64,000 nucleotides of DNA from Nitrosopumilaceae archaeon. Its GTDB lineage: Archaea; Thermoproteota; Nitrososphaeria; Nitrososphaerales; Nitrosopumilaceae. This document shows positions 9,911 to 20,461 of the stretch, in pieces. Every line of letters starts with the position of its first letter. Position 1 is the first letter of the stretch. Under the pieces are notes generated by a model that made no database searches, was not told where the DNA came from, and saw only the letters and a program-made list of their open reading frames with translations. The position numbers and the translations under genes were made by a program. The stretch covers positions 1 through 64,000 of the forward strand of contig JBQTHX010000018.1 of assembly GCA_052389415.1 (NCBI GenBank), written 5' to 3'.

Positions 9911-10777
9911 ATGTTGACCAGTACCGTATTGAAACCCGCTTTGATAAAAAAATTCATTCCTTCAAGAAAATTTGCTTCAAGAAAGGGTGATAATGGCAAA
10001 GTATTGGTACTTGGAGGAAGTTACATTTATCATGGTGCTCCAATCCTCGCTTCAATTGCTGCCTTGCGATGTGGGACAGATCTCGTTTACACATGTGTCC
10101 CAAAAATTAATGTAAGTTCAACACGATCATTTAGTCCTAATCTTATTGTTATACCGCTTGTTGATGCAAAACTTACACGTGGAGCGGTAAACAAACTTCT
10201 AGGAATAATTCCTAAAGATCTTGATTCTGCAACCATTGGAATGGGACTACGGATACAGGACATCAATGCATTAACTCTCCTTGTAAAATCCTTATTAGAA
10301 TTGGATCTCAGATTGTCACTTGATGCTAGTGCTCTAGTTCCAGAAGTTCTACCTGTAATTAAAAATAAAAATGTCATAGTTACTCCACATGGAGGAGAGT
10401 TCAAGAGACTTTTTGGTGAACTTCCTCCTGATTCTAGAAAGGAAAGAATTTCACTAGTTGAAAAACATGCAAAAGAAAATTCAGTGACAGTCTTGTTAAA
10501 AGGACCAACAGATATCATATCAGATGGCAACAAGACATTTCTAAACGTGAAAAAAACTCCGGCAATGACTGTGGGTGGAACAGGAGATGTACTGTCTGGA
10601 ATTGTTGGAGGAATGCTATCAAAAAATAAAAATCTAATAGAATCTGCTGCAACAGCAGTATTTATCAACGGAAGAGCAGGAGCAATGGCACAAAGAAAGT
10701 ATGGTTTACATATTGTAGCAACTGATCTCTTAGAATTTATTTCAGCAGCGATGAAACCATTTGATAGAGTAAAATGA
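9911..10777 (+). CDS. nnrD: ADP/ATP-dependent NAD(P)H-hydrate dehydratase
   Basis: RKGDNGKVLVLGGS..Y.GAP, TPH.GEF, GGTGDVLSG. Confidence 0.92.
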   Translation: MLTSTVLKPALIKKFIPSRKFASRKGDNGKVLVLGGSYIYHGAPILASIAALRCGTDLVYTCVPKINVSSTRSFSPNLIVIPLVDAKLTRGAVNKLLGIIPKDLDSATIGMGLRIQDINALTLLVKSLLELDLRLSLDASALVPEVLPVIKNKNVIVTPHGGEFKRLFGELPPDSRKERISLVEKHAKENSVTVLLKGPTDIISDGNKTFLNVKKTPAMTVGGTGDVLSGIVGGMLSKNKNLIESAATAVFINGRAGAMAQRKYGLHIVATDLLEFISAAMKPFDRVK

Positions 10778-12132
10778 CACCAGTCAAAGTGCTAAAACAT
10801 GTAGACCAGAACATGATGGGGCTTGTCTCTGATTTGCAAACTTTGATCAGACAACCAAGCGTCTCCGCAAAAAATGAAGGCCTAGAAGAATGTGCCAAGC
10901 TGGTTTCAAAAACAATGCGTTGTTCTGGAATTAAATCAGAAATACTTCGCATTAGTAAAAAAGTTCCACCGATTGTTTATGGCGAAGTAAAATCAAAACA
11001 AAATCCATCAAAAACAATCTTATTTTATAATCATTATGACGTGCAGCCTGCAGAACCATTTGATCTATGGGATGATAAACCATTTAGCGGAAAAATTAAA
11101 GGAAACAAGATCTTTGGAAGAGGATCTGCAGATGACAAAGGAGAATTAATCACCAGAATAAAAGCAGTAGAATCCTATCTGAAAGTTCATGGGGATGTTC
11201 CTTGTAACGTAAAATTTCTTGTTGAGGGTGAAGAAGAAATCGGCAGCTTGCATGTTGAAGACTATCTTAAAAAATACAGGAAAAAACTTGCCTGCGATGG
11301 CGTGATATGGGAATTTGGATATGTCGATCAAAAAGATCGGCCAATAATCAGTCTTGGCATGAAAGGATTACTTTACGTTGAGCTTAGTGTTACCGAGTCC
11401 ATTCGTGATGCCCATTCTAGTCTTGCAGTCTTGATCAAAAACCCATCTTGGAGACTAATAGAAGCTCTTAAGACTCTTAGTGGCTCTGATGGAAAAATAC
11501 TCATTAAAGATTGGTACAAAGAAGTAGAACCATTCACAAAAAAAGAGCTTGAGCTGATAGACTTGGAACCATTTGATGAAAGATCATTCAAAAGAGAATA
11601 TGGCATAAGCCAATTTGTCGCAAACAAGAAGGGATTCGACGCTAAGAAGGCCTTAGTTGGTGAACCTACGTGTAATATTGCAGGTTTTGTTTCAGGATAT
11701 GTTGAAAAAGGAGCAAAAACTGTATTGCCTGCTAAGGCACTTGCTAAGATCGATTTCAGACTTGTACCAAAGATGGATCCAAAGAAACAATTTGCAAGGC
11801 TAGGACAACATTTAAGATCAAAAGGTTTTGGTGATGTTAACCTGACAATGATTCATGGAGAGGCTGCATCCAGAACAAAAATCACAGACCGATTTGTCAC
11901 TCAAGTAAAAAAAGCTGCTGAAGATTCGTTTGGCAAATCAATAATTAGTGTGTCTTCTGCAGGAACTGGACCAATGTACTCTTTTTCCAAAATATTGTCT
12001 GTGCCATGCATATCAGTAGGAAGCACATACGTGTTCTCTAGGATCCATTCTCCAAATGAATTCGCAAGAATTGATCTTTTAAAGAAAACCACAAAATGTA
12101 TCTGTCTGATTATGAACACATTTTCTTCATAG
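10774..12132 (+). CDS. M20 family metallopeptidase/dipeptidase
   Basis: HYDVQP, GRGSADDKG, EGEEE, AHS, HSPNE. Confidence 0.9.
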   Translation: MTPVKVLKHVDQNMMGLVSDLQTLIRQPSVSAKNEGLEECAKLVSKTMRCSGIKSEILRISKKVPPIVYGEVKSKQNPSKTILFYNHYDVQPAEPFDLWDDKPFSGKIKGNKIFGRGSADDKGELITRIKAVESYLKVHGDVPCNVKFLVEGEEEIGSLHVEDYLKKYRKKLACDGVIWEFGYVDQKDRPIISLGMKGLLYVELSVTESIRDAHSSLAVLIKNPSWRLIEALKTLSGSDGKILIKDWYKEVEPFTKKELELIDLEPFDERSFKREYGISQFVANKKGFDAKKALVGEPTCNIAGFVSGYVEKGAKTVLPAKALAKIDFRLVPKMDPKKQFARLGQHLRSKGFGDVNLTMIHGEAASRTKITDRFVTQVKKAAEDSFGKSIISVSSAGTGPMYSFSKILSVPCISVGSTYVFSRIHSPNEFARIDLLKKTTKCICLIMNTFSS

Positions 12133-12167
12133 AAAGGCCTTTATTGTCCTCGTCGTGAAATGCATTT

Positions 12168-12761
12168 ATGGCCTATGTGTACATGCCAGGTGCAACAGCA
12201 GTCGGTATAACCTATGATGAAGGCGTAGTTATGGCAAGCGAAAAAAGAGTTGCCTATGGGAACTTCCTTGTAAGCAAGACCACCAAAAAGACATTCAAGA
12301 TCACTGATTTTGTGGGAGCTTGCTGTGCAGGATTGGTGGCAGACATGCAGGTCTTGGCAATGCAGATGAGAGCACTTACAAAAATTAGAAAAATGGAACT
12401 TAAACGTGAGATCCCACCAAACTCAGTAGCAAAGATGATGTCTTCTTTAATGTATGAACGACGTTACTATCCTTTACTTACCCAAGTTATAGTTGGTGGA
12501 GTTGACGGTAATCCTGCAATCTATACGCTTGATCCACTGGGATCTGTACTTCCAGATGATTATGCAGCTGTAGGAACCGGAGCCGAAATGGCCTTGGGAG
12601 TTTTGGATCAAGAATTCAAACAAGGCATGAAAGAAAAGGATGCAGTTGCCTTGGCAATAAAATCTATAAAATCTGCTATCATGAGGGACGCAGCAAGCGG
12701 TGATGGAATAGATGTCCTAGTTGCTGACAAAACTGGAATAAGAGAATTTATTGAACAATAA
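12168..12761 (+). CDS. psmB: Proteasome subunit beta
   Basis: GATAVG, LDPLGS, AVGTG, RDAASGDG. Confidence 0.92.
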   Translation: MAYVYMPGATAVGITYDEGVVMASEKRVAYGNFLVSKTTKKTFKITDFVGACCAGLVADMQVLAMQMRALTKIRKMELKREIPPNSVAKMMSSLMYERRYYPLLTQVIVGGVDGNPAIYTLDPLGSVLPDDYAAVGTGAEMALGVLDQEFKQGMKEKDAVALAIKSIKSAIMRDAASGDGIDVLVADKTGIREFIEQ

Positions 12762-12816
12762 ATTACAAATAATTTCTAAGACAGACTTATCTACCATTTG
12801 TGTTTCAAGCTGAATA

Positions 12817-13605
12817 TTGAAATTTCTGGCAATAATATTATTGGGATTAATATTTTCGTCTGTCACTTTCCCTGCTAGTGCTACGATTAGAAATGGTGCA
12901 TTGACTGAGAACGATATTGAATTTTGTCACGAGGTCTACCCGCAATACAAGGCGCTAGGATTAAGCTGGTTTGTCAAAAATTACCATTACAGCATAGAGG
13001 CCAGAGTTTGTGCTAGCTTGTACGAAGATCCTGTATGGAAATACGAAGGAGATGACAGAGTAGACAAACTCATCCGACAAAGTAAATATTTTGTGCAACT
13101 AGAAATCGAGGAAAGTGAAGATGAGGCTCAATCAGGACAAGTAGATCCAACACCTGCGGGCATTTCTGAAAAATCAAACTCCATAATGAAAGTTTCCTCT
13201 GACGGAACAATTTTTGTCATAATAGAAACAACCGATGCTACTGCAGGAGAATACATGGGAGTAGACATTATTTTTGAAGATTCTGAAGAAAATCCAATTC
13301 AACACGTAAACTATGATTTGGAAGTAAGACAAAACCAGCAAGAGTTCTTGATTGTAAAATCTCAGCATGCAGAAAATGGTAAGGCCGAGCATTGGACAAG
13401 GCCATTGTTTTCAGATGATCCTGTTGATATTCAGGCAAAAATACTAGGAATTGGATTACCTAAAGAAAGAGCAAACTGGAGTGGCCCAAACGATGAATCA
13501 TTAACCTTTCAGGCTGTTCCAGAATTTGGCCTTCTTACATTGACCATACTCATGATGTCGTTGATGCTGCTTGTTCCAATACAAAAATTTAGGCAGATTC
13601 AATAA
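12817..13605 (+). CDS. Secreted PEFG-CTERM sorting-domain protein
   Basis: N-terminal signal peptide. C-terminal VPEFG, TM helix and basic tail. Confidence 0.85.
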   Translation: MKFLAIILLGLIFSSVTFPASATIRNGALTENDIEFCHEVYPQYKALGLSWFVKNYHYSIEARVCASLYEDPVWKYEGDDRVDKLIRQSKYFVQLEIEESEDEAQSGQVDPTPAGISEKSNSIMKVSSDGTIFVIIETTDATAGEYMGVDIIFEDSEENPIQHVNYDLEVRQNQQEFLIVKSQHAENGKAEHWTRPLFSDDPVDIQAKILGIGLPKERANWSGPNDESLTFQAVPEFGLLTLTILMMSLMLLVPIQKFRQIQ

Positions 13606-13611
13606 TGCTGT

Positions 13612-14088
13612 CTATCGCTTAATCTCTTTTGCGGCTTCCCAAAACCTATCTGAAACATAATGCAAATTTTTTAATACCTCGCCTTTTGCCATGTTTTTCA
13701 TTTCTTTGCTTGATACAAGCGTTCTGCCAACTGCCAGAAATTTGTTACGAGATTCTTCTACAACACATGCTATCTGATCCTTTTCAAACTCGGAATAGCT
13801 TTTAACACCTGGTCTCATTACTGTTGCTCCATCACAAACAAACTTTACTGCTCCCATGTCAACTACAATTTTAGGAAATTTTTCAAGTAATGCTGTTTCA
13901 GATAAAAATGGGATATAAGAATCGTTTAATTGTATTGCTGAAAATCCCTCTCCGGTTAATATGCTTACATTATCATCAATTTCGTGAATTGTAAGAGTTT
14001 TTACTTTAGGTAATTCTATATTCCACTGCAAAGCGATTTTAGAAAAAGTATCAGAAGTACTACTCTTTGATAACAAATTTGACTTCAA
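13612..14088 (-). CDS. PUA-domain RNA-binding protein (MCT-1/Tma20-like)
   Basis: VVDMGAVKFVCDGATVMRPG...HYVSD.FW. Confidence 0.88.
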   Translation of the reverse strand: MKSNLLSKSSTSDTFSKIALQWNIELPKVKTLTIHEIDDNVSILTGEGFSAIQLNDSYIPFLSETALLEKFPKIVVDMGAVKFVCDGATVMRPGVKSYSEFEKDQIACVVEESRNKFLAVGRTLVSSKEMKNMAKGEVLKNLHYVSDRFWEAAKEIKR

Positions 14089-15095
14089 TTTCTTGACATT
14101 TCCTGTTTGATGTCTAAGAGGTCTCGTAGTATGGAACTTGCTGTCTCCATCCCGCCAGCACCACGGCCTATTATTGTTTGTTGGCCCGAGTGCTCCGAAT
14201 TGAAGGTGATTGCATTTAAAGTTCCATTAACACACAGTGGGTCATCAAGTGAAATAGCCTTTGGTGCAACAACTAGATCTCTGTTACAAGACGCAATCAA
14301 CTTTATTGCACTTTTTTTTGCAGCGGCCTTTCTGACATCCACAGTTGTTACGTCGCTTATTCCCTTTCTTTCAATATCCTTCATAGTGACTTTCATATCC
14401 ATAACCCAATTTGCAAGTATGACAAGCTTAGCAGCAGCATCAAAACCATCGATATCAAGAGAGGGATCAGCTTCGACATATCCCCTTGATTTTGCATCTG
14501 CAAGTGCCGCCTTGAAAGTCATTCCCTTTGCCATGTTTGTCAAAATATAATTTGTTGTGCCATTTAGTATTCCTTCAAATGAAACTATTCTTTCACCTCT
14601 CAAACTATTTTTTGCATAGTCTAAAATTGGCGTACCTCCGCCCACAGTTCCACTAAACCGTAGTAATACCTGATTGTATATTGCAAGTTCCATCAAGGAT
14701 GGAAAAGCAAGAGCAAGGGGTCCCTTATTTACAGTAATTACGTGTAGGCCATTTTTCATTGCATTAACTATATGTGACATTCCGGGTTCAGCATCTTTGT
14801 AATTGCTAGTGGTAGTCTCTACGAGAACTTCCGCCTCCAGACCGCCTATCATGTCAAGCCCATTTGCGTCCTTTTCCTTGTTATGAAATTTTTTTATGCT
14901 TCCGTATTTTTTTTTCATTTCAAGCAATCTGTTTATATCAAGACCTGCTGATGACGCAGCTGAACCTTTGCTATCAAATACTCCAACAATCCGTGGCTTT
15001 AGTCCGTGTTTGGCATAAAGATCTTCTGATCTTGACAGCAATAACTTTGCAAAATTTTGGCCTACCACACCAAATCCACATAATATTATTCGCAA
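14085..15095 (-). CDS. hom: Homoserine dehydrogenase
   Basis: GFGVVG, NKGP, GILNGTTNYIL, EADPSLDIDG.DAAAK, GRGAG..ETAS. Confidence 0.95.
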   Translation of the reverse strand: MRIILCGFGVVGQNFAKLLLSRSEDLYAKHGLKPRIVGVFDSKGSAASSAGLDINRLLEMKKKYGSIKKFHNKEKDANGLDMIGGLEAEVLVETTTSNYKDAEPGMSHIVNAMKNGLHVITVNKGPLALAFPSLMELAIYNQVLLRFSGTVGGGTPILDYAKNSLRGERIVSFEGILNGTTNYILTNMAKGMTFKAALADAKSRGYVEADPSLDIDGFDAAAKLVILANWVMDMKVTMKDIERKGISDVTTVDVRKAAAKKSAIKLIASCNRDLVVAPKAISLDDPLCVNGTLNAITFNSEHSGQQTIIGRGAGGMETASSILRDLLDIKQEMSRN

Positions 15096-15191
15096 CAGGA
15101 GACTGAAATCATACGGTATTAATTAAGATTGACTGGTATTTTGTGGCTGATCCGAGATTGCTTTATTAAAGAATAAAAAAATTCACCGATT

Positions 15192-15833
15192 ATGAAATAT
15201 GCAAAACATCTCTTTCTTGGCATTGGAATCGCAACAATGGCAATTATCATCGCCTTAACATTGTACAATGAGAAAACTGAAATTCAAAAAATAGATACGC
15301 TCTCACTTGATTTTACGTATGATGATGCTAATACTCTATTAAAACAAAGCTTACAATCTCAAGGAATTCTAGTGTCTTCACCTCTGCAATTTCAAAAACA
15401 GCAAGATATAGAAAGGTGGTGTAAATTCTTTAGCAGTCAAGAAAAACAAAAACTAGTAGAATATTGTACCTCTACTGAAATCAAAGATTCAAGTGGAAAT
15501 TTTCTTGGAAACATCCACATCGTAGGGTCTCCTGAGGCTCCCAAATTAGTTCTTGTTGCATTGCAATCCAATCCTTTTTTTGAAAACATGAGTCAAATAA
15601 AGACTATTTTTGGCGCAGCTACAAAAGAACTTGTGTGCGATTGTTGGGAAACCGTAAAACCTGATGGATATGACACGCTGGATAACTGGATAGACGCTTT
15701 AGGTGATTTTCATACTGGCGGAAACAAGCCACACAGTGAATCAAAATCGATTCCTCTTGCGTTAAAACACGTACAAATTCAATTAACGACTACAACAGAA
15801 GGATTCGTTTGGGAAATGTTGATTGCAAAATGA
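15192..15833 (+). CDS. Hypothetical membrane-anchored protein
   Basis: N-terminal TM helix, conserved-looking Cys residues, 213 aa. Confidence 0.6.
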   Translation: MKYAKHLFLGIGIATMAIIIALTLYNEKTEIQKIDTLSLDFTYDDANTLLKQSLQSQGILVSSPLQFQKQQDIERWCKFFSSQEKQKLVEYCTSTEIKDSSGNFLGNIHIVGSPEAPKLVLVALQSNPFFENMSQIKTIFGAATKELVCDCWETVKPDGYDTLDNWIDALGDFHTGGNKPHSESKSIPLALKHVQIQLTTTTEGFVWEMLIAK

Positions 15834-15915
15834 TTTGTAAAATATTTTACCAAATTAACAGGTTCATTAAGGTTGACGTAACCATTAATCCATATCTTAC
15901 TCCTTTGTGTGACTG

Positions 15916-16677
15916 TTGTTAGAAATCTGGTTATTGCTGTTAGGTTTTGCGGCAGGCATACTTGGATCGATGATAGGGCTTGGTGGTGGAATTGTAATAG
16001 TGCCTGTCTTGACATTTTTTGGATTTTCCCCTGCGCTGGCTGCAAGCAACAGTCTTTTTGCAGCCTTTAGTAACGCTGTGGCATCTACATCCTCTTATGC
16101 AAAACAAAAAAGGATAGAATATTCAATTGGTTTGAAATTTGGATTACTCGCAATTCCTGGAACGGTACTTGGTGCATTTATCTCACATGATATTACACCA
16201 TCATTGTTTAAGATATTGTTTGGAATTGTGTTAATTGTTTCAGGTGCATACATTTTTTTAAGAAGAAAGATCGAACCAAAAGAAAGAAACTTGTCAAAAC
16301 AAGTTATTGTACTGTCAATCGGGGCAAGTTTCTTTGCAGGAATAATTTCTAGCTTATTTGGTATAGGTGGCGGTATTGTATTTGTCCCTCTAATGGTGAT
16401 TGCAGTTGGACTCTCGATGAAGATTGCCGCTCCTACATCACAATTTATCTTACTATTTGTTTCTGCGTCAGGAATGGCTGCTCACTCTATTCTTGGTCAT
16501 CCTGATTACTATGAAGCACTCTTGCTTGCCATAGGTGCGTTTGTTGGTGGGTTGGTAGGAAGCAGACTCTCAGTAGAGGTAGAAGAAAAAAAACTACGAA
16601 TCCTTGTAACAATAGTGATGATCGCTGCTGCAATCAAACTTTTTATTGATTCAGTAATTGGTACTGGTCCTTTTTGA
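15916..16677 (+). CDS. TauE/SafE (TSUP) family permease
   Basis: Duplicated G.GGG..VP motif, 8 TM helices. Confidence 0.9.
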   Translation: MLEIWLLLLGFAAGILGSMIGLGGGIVIVPVLTFFGFSPALAASNSLFAAFSNAVASTSSYAKQKRIEYSIGLKFGLLAIPGTVLGAFISHDITPSLFKILFGIVLIVSGAYIFLRRKIEPKERNLSKQVIVLSIGASFFAGIISSLFGIGGGIVFVPLMVIAVGLSMKIAAPTSQFILLFVSASGMAAHSILGHPDYYEALLLAIGAFVGGLVGSRLSVEVEEKKLRILVTIVMIAAAIKLFIDSVIGTGPF

Positions 16678-17101
16678 TCTGGTAAAGGTTACGTTTTGCA
16701 AGTACAACCAAGTCGCCATCTTCTTTGGTAGCTTCAAAATCAATTGCTAAAAGACCAAAATTATCGTTAAGATCTGTTTTTTCTGATATTCTAAATTTCA
16801 TTTTTAAAATTTCATCCGTGTAAAGCGGTTTTAAAAATCTAGCATGTCTATTTTTCCATGAAGGCTCTCCATCCATCCCATAAAATATCAACAAATTGCC
16901 GTACATCTCCTCTAGTTTAGTAAATTCACCTTCCATTCTTCCCAAAATTGCTCTTCCAGAAACGATTTTCTTTTGCTCATTGTCTTTGTACAATACATTT
17001 TTTATTCCAGAAAATACCAGATAACTTTCAAGCTCTTGTAATGTAATTTTTCCTTGGGAAAAAAACTCATCGCCAACATTTAGTTCTGAAAACTTTTTCA
17101 T
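16643..17101 (-). CDS. MaoC-like hot-dog fold protein
   Basis: F.EL.VGD, RFLKPLY..E.L. Abuts the SDR gene. Confidence 0.65.
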   Translation of the reverse strand: MKKFSELNVGDEFFSQGKITLQELESYLVFSGIKNVLYKDNEQKKIVSGRAILGRMEGEFTKLEEMYGNLLIFYGMDGEPSWKNRHARFLKPLYTDEILKMKFRISEKTDLNDNFGLLAIDFEATKEDGDLVVLAKRNLYQIKKDQYQLLNQ

Positions 17102-18888
17102 TACTGTCGTACTTCATCAGGATAGAATATTACTTCAGAACTCGAAATTGCTTTTCCCGACGCAAAATACTTTAAGGCATTAAAAATTCGTTCATTGTTT
17201 GGCTCCACCCCATCTACGCTTCCTGGAAGGATCAAAAAGATTCTCACATTAGATTTTAAAACATCGCTTAATTCTTGATTTACTGTAGTTGTAAACGGTC
17301 TCAGTGCACCACGAAAGACATCCACTTTGGCTCGTTCTGCACCAGTTACTTTTGGGCCTATAGGAAAATCAGGACCTATTATGACCATGGTTCCAGATTT
17401 GCCCTTGAAAAGAGGTGGATTCTTGGATCCATCTGGTACAAATGTGCTAAGAGATTCCTGTCCGACAATTGCAGGAGTCAGTATGAACTTGTCTACAACT
17501 GAATCCCATTGAGATCTTGAAAGTTCAGTTATCTTTGGGAATGAAGGTACTTTACCTGTTACATGGATGGTCATTGATATAGGACCTACTTTTTCTGTAG
17601 CTGTGGCAAACCATCTCTTGATCTCTTCTTGATCTGAAAGATCGATTGCATGTGAATGAAATTTTGCTAGTCTGTCTTGGTTTTGTTTTGGAAGGTTTTT
17701 TGCAAATAAAATGACAATTTTTGCTCCCGCCTTTTCTAAATTCTGAGCAAGGAACTCTACTCTTGAAATATCAGAATCTTCTGAGGCGTCAACTGTAAAA
17801 ACTATTACTTTGGAATCAAAGCCTGCCTCAGTTTCTGGTATTGTGGATGTAATATGCGGTTTTACTGGATAAAATACTCTGTCCCCTGGTATCACCTTTC
17901 CATTTAGAATCTTTGAAATTTCATTATCACATAGAGCAAGAACAGTTTCAGCAACTTGAGGTTGAGATAAGAATTGTTCATCCGCAATCATCTTGCTTGT
18001 GTTAAGTTGTACCTTTTCTGCTATTTGCTGAATCTTTGAAAGCAATGAAGCAATTGTTGTATTTAGTTTCTGTATTTCAATATCGGAAATTATTCCTTTT
18101 ATTTTTGCCATCTTGTTGGCTGCATTTTCTATTCCTTTCTTGACGGTTTCTTCATTTTCACCCATGAGAGGTAAAATATCATTATTTACTTGTTCGACTT
18201 CTGGAGGAGTCAAAGTTTCAAAACCACTCACTCGCATAAACTCAGCAGCGGCCTTTGGATATACAGTTTTGTAAATTCTGTCAGAATGGACAGGACCAGG
18301 ATTTGTTGCAATTGAGATTATGCCTTTCTGTGTTAGCTCCCATGACATTGCTTCCGCTAATCTATTCTTAGCTCCTTGTGATGCGGTGTAAGGGCTTCTG
18401 AATCTGTAAGGTCTCTGTTCAAGTGGTCTCTCTTCTGCAAAGAAAGTTGATATTGTTATGATCTTTGATCCAGGTTTCATGGCTTTTAATGCCTGAACTG
18501 AGGTCCAAAAAGTTCCTGTAAGGTGAATTGCAACTGTGCTTTTAAATTCAGTCATTGGCGAGTTTGCAAAACATGTGACTGGTCCTGAAACACCAGCATT
18601 GTTTACTACTATATCTACGGCACCGACTGATTTTTTTAGCTCATCAAACATTGATGATATTCCAACTTCATCGCTGACATCCACTCCTGCGAAAATTTTA
18701 ACAAATCCATTGCTTTTTGCTTTGTTAATTATTTCTTGTAACTCCTTTGCAGCCTCTTCAAGTGGTTCTTTTCTTCTTCCTAAAATGACAACACTTGCTC
18801 CATTTTCTGCAAATTTTGATGCAATGGCTTTACCAATACCAGTCCCGCTGCCTGTAATTACTGCTATCTTACCTTGAAATTTTAACAT
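17101..18888 (-). CDS. Two-domain SDR oxidoreductase
   Basis: ITGSGTGIG, NNAG, atypical YTASQ catalytic motif, PGPV.SDR, and a second degenerate SDR domain. Confidence 0.85.
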   Translation of the reverse strand: MLKFQGKIAVITGSGTGIGKAIASKFAENGASVVILGRRKEPLEEAAKELQEIINKAKSNGFVKIFAGVDVSDEVGISSMFDELKKSVGAVDIVVNNAGVSGPVTCFANSPMTEFKSTVAIHLTGTFWTSVQALKAMKPGSKIITISTFFAEERPLEQRPYRFRSPYTASQGAKNRLAEAMSWELTQKGIISIATNPGPVHSDRIYKTVYPKAAAEFMRVSGFETLTPPEVEQVNNDILPLMGENEETVKKGIENAANKMAKIKGIISDIEIQKLNTTIASLLSKIQQIAEKVQLNTSKMIADEQFLSQPQVAETVLALCDNEISKILNGKVIPGDRVFYPVKPHITSTIPETEAGFDSKVIVFTVDASEDSDISRVEFLAQNLEKAGAKIVILFAKNLPKQNQDRLAKFHSHAIDLSDQEEIKRWFATATEKVGPISMTIHVTGKVPSFPKITELSRSQWDSVVDKFILTPAIVGQESLSTFVPDGSKNPPLFKGKSGTMVIIGPDFPIGPKVTGAERAKVDVFRGALRPFTTTVNQELSDVLKSNVRIFLILPGSVDGVEPNNERIFNALKYFASGKAISSSEVIFYPDEVRQ

Positions 18889-19288
18889 TGATAGATGATG
18901 AACTTTTTCTGATATTTATTCCGATTGATCCGTTATGTGGAAAACTGATATGGTATTTATTACAAAAGCTAGTTTTGAGTACATGAATTTTGAGTAAACA
19001 CCAATACTTTTTTGGTTTTTCACGTTTTTTTAAAAAAAAGGGAATCTGTTATGATTTCCGAAAAAACTTCCCATGTAGGGTGTCACATAAATTGCTCCTT
19101 TAAAATGACCCTTTGAATATTTGAATAGATGAACTATCCCGATGCTAGCAGATCCTGAGAGACATGATTTTATTTAGATGGTTATTTCGAGAAAAATCTA
19201 TTTAACAGATTGGAAAGATACAAGAACCTATTGTCTTTCCTGGAAATTACAATACAAGATAATTAAAGTTCTTTCGCTATTGGGAATT

Positions 19289-19747
19289 ATGAGTAAACAA
19301 GTTTGCTTTTTATGTGAACAAGAACTAGGAGTGCTAAATATAAAATGGTCTGCAAAGGGTTTTCTTTCTTCAAGAGTTCCTATTCCAGAAGGGATGGGTG
19401 AAGAGGACAGAGTTTGTAACGAGTGTTACAACGTAGAAAAAAAGCAAGTCAAAGAAGAACTAAAGGAAGCAAAAGAGGAATTTAAAGAGATAACTGTGGA
19501 TCTACTCAAAAGAACGCCTGAATACAAAAAACTCTGGAACAAGGATGGTGTTATTCAGTTCAAGAACGAAAGAGTAGCTATTCTTCAAAGAGCGCTAGGC
19601 AAGCAAGTGGAATTTATCATTGCGTTTGACGATCTAACAAAGGAAGGATACAAACTCATGGCAATACAGGAGATTCAAAGCACAGATGGTAAATCTGTAG
19701 GAGGAATTAATTCCAACTACTTTTTCCAGAAAATGCAAAGCCTGTAG
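19289..19747 (+). CDS. Hypothetical protein with N-terminal Zn ribbon
   Basis: CFLC...CNEC. The ATG at 19289 is preferred over the track start at 19178. Confidence 0.6.
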   Translation: MSKQVCFLCEQELGVLNIKWSAKGFLSSRVPIPEGMGEEDRVCNECYNVEKKQVKEELKEAKEEFKEITVDLLKRTPEYKKLWNKDGVIQFKNERVAILQRALGKQVEFIIAFDDLTKEGYKLMAIQEIQSTDGKSVGGINSNYFFQKMQSL

Positions 19748-19847
19748 TTATGTAGTTCAATTCTAAAATAATAAAACGAATCTTTATTTTTAATCCATTT
19801 TAAAACTGCCCAGAATATTTATTTGAGGGAGAAATTCTCATTCATGC

Positions 19848-20084
19848 ATGCACGATTCAGAACCGGATACCTTTCCGCTAAAAACTAGACCTGAGCAATT
19901 TTGTGATCTATTAAAAGAAATAGGCATCACTGCACAAGCAAAGGAAATTGCTTCTGACGAAGTTGAAAAAGGTGATTATTATAGTAGATATTTTTCGGTG
20001 ACTCCAAGAATGGTTACAAACAAGGGGTGTCTTGAGGTAAAAGACACTAATATTGATATCATACAGATAATTCAAAAGGGATAG
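19848..20084 (+). CDS. Hypothetical protein
   Basis: 78-aa ORF with a TATA-like element upstream, 2 nt from the next ORF. Confidence 0.55.
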   Translation: MHDSEPDTFPLKTRPEQFCDLLKEIGITAQAKEIASDEVEKGDYYSRYFSVTPRMVTNKGCLEVKDTNIDIIQIIQKG

Positions 20085-20086
20085 AA

Positions 20087-20461
20087 TTGCAAGATCCAAA
20101 CCCGTTGCCATGGGGCGCACAAGACCGTTTTCAGGCTCATTTCATAGTAAGGAGAAACCTTTCTGAAGATGACAAGGGATTTGTAGCTGAAACAAAACAA
20201 ACAACCAAAGGATTCTTTGGGTCAAATAAGCTGATTAATGTAGAATGGATAGGTGGAAGTATTGCTGACATACTAAACAACGACTCTGACCTTACCAAAA
20301 TGATTCTAAAACAGTCTATCAAAGATGCTCAAATTAGGATAGATCCAACAAAGAATGGAGTGAGAATTTATGGAAAATGGAAAAGCGAAAACGAGTTTGG
20401 AATCTCAAAAGAACTGTTTGCTATATACGACAGAATAGCATCTCACATAAAAAATCTCTAA
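20087..20461 (+). CDS. Hypothetical protein
   Basis: 124-aa ORF converging on endA. Confidence 0.6.
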   Translation: MQDPNPLPWGAQDRFQAHFIVRRNLSEDDKGFVAETKQTTKGFFGSNKLINVEWIGGSIADILNNDSDLTKMILKQSIKDAQIRIDPTKNGVRIYGKWKSENEFGISKELFAIYDRIASHIKNL

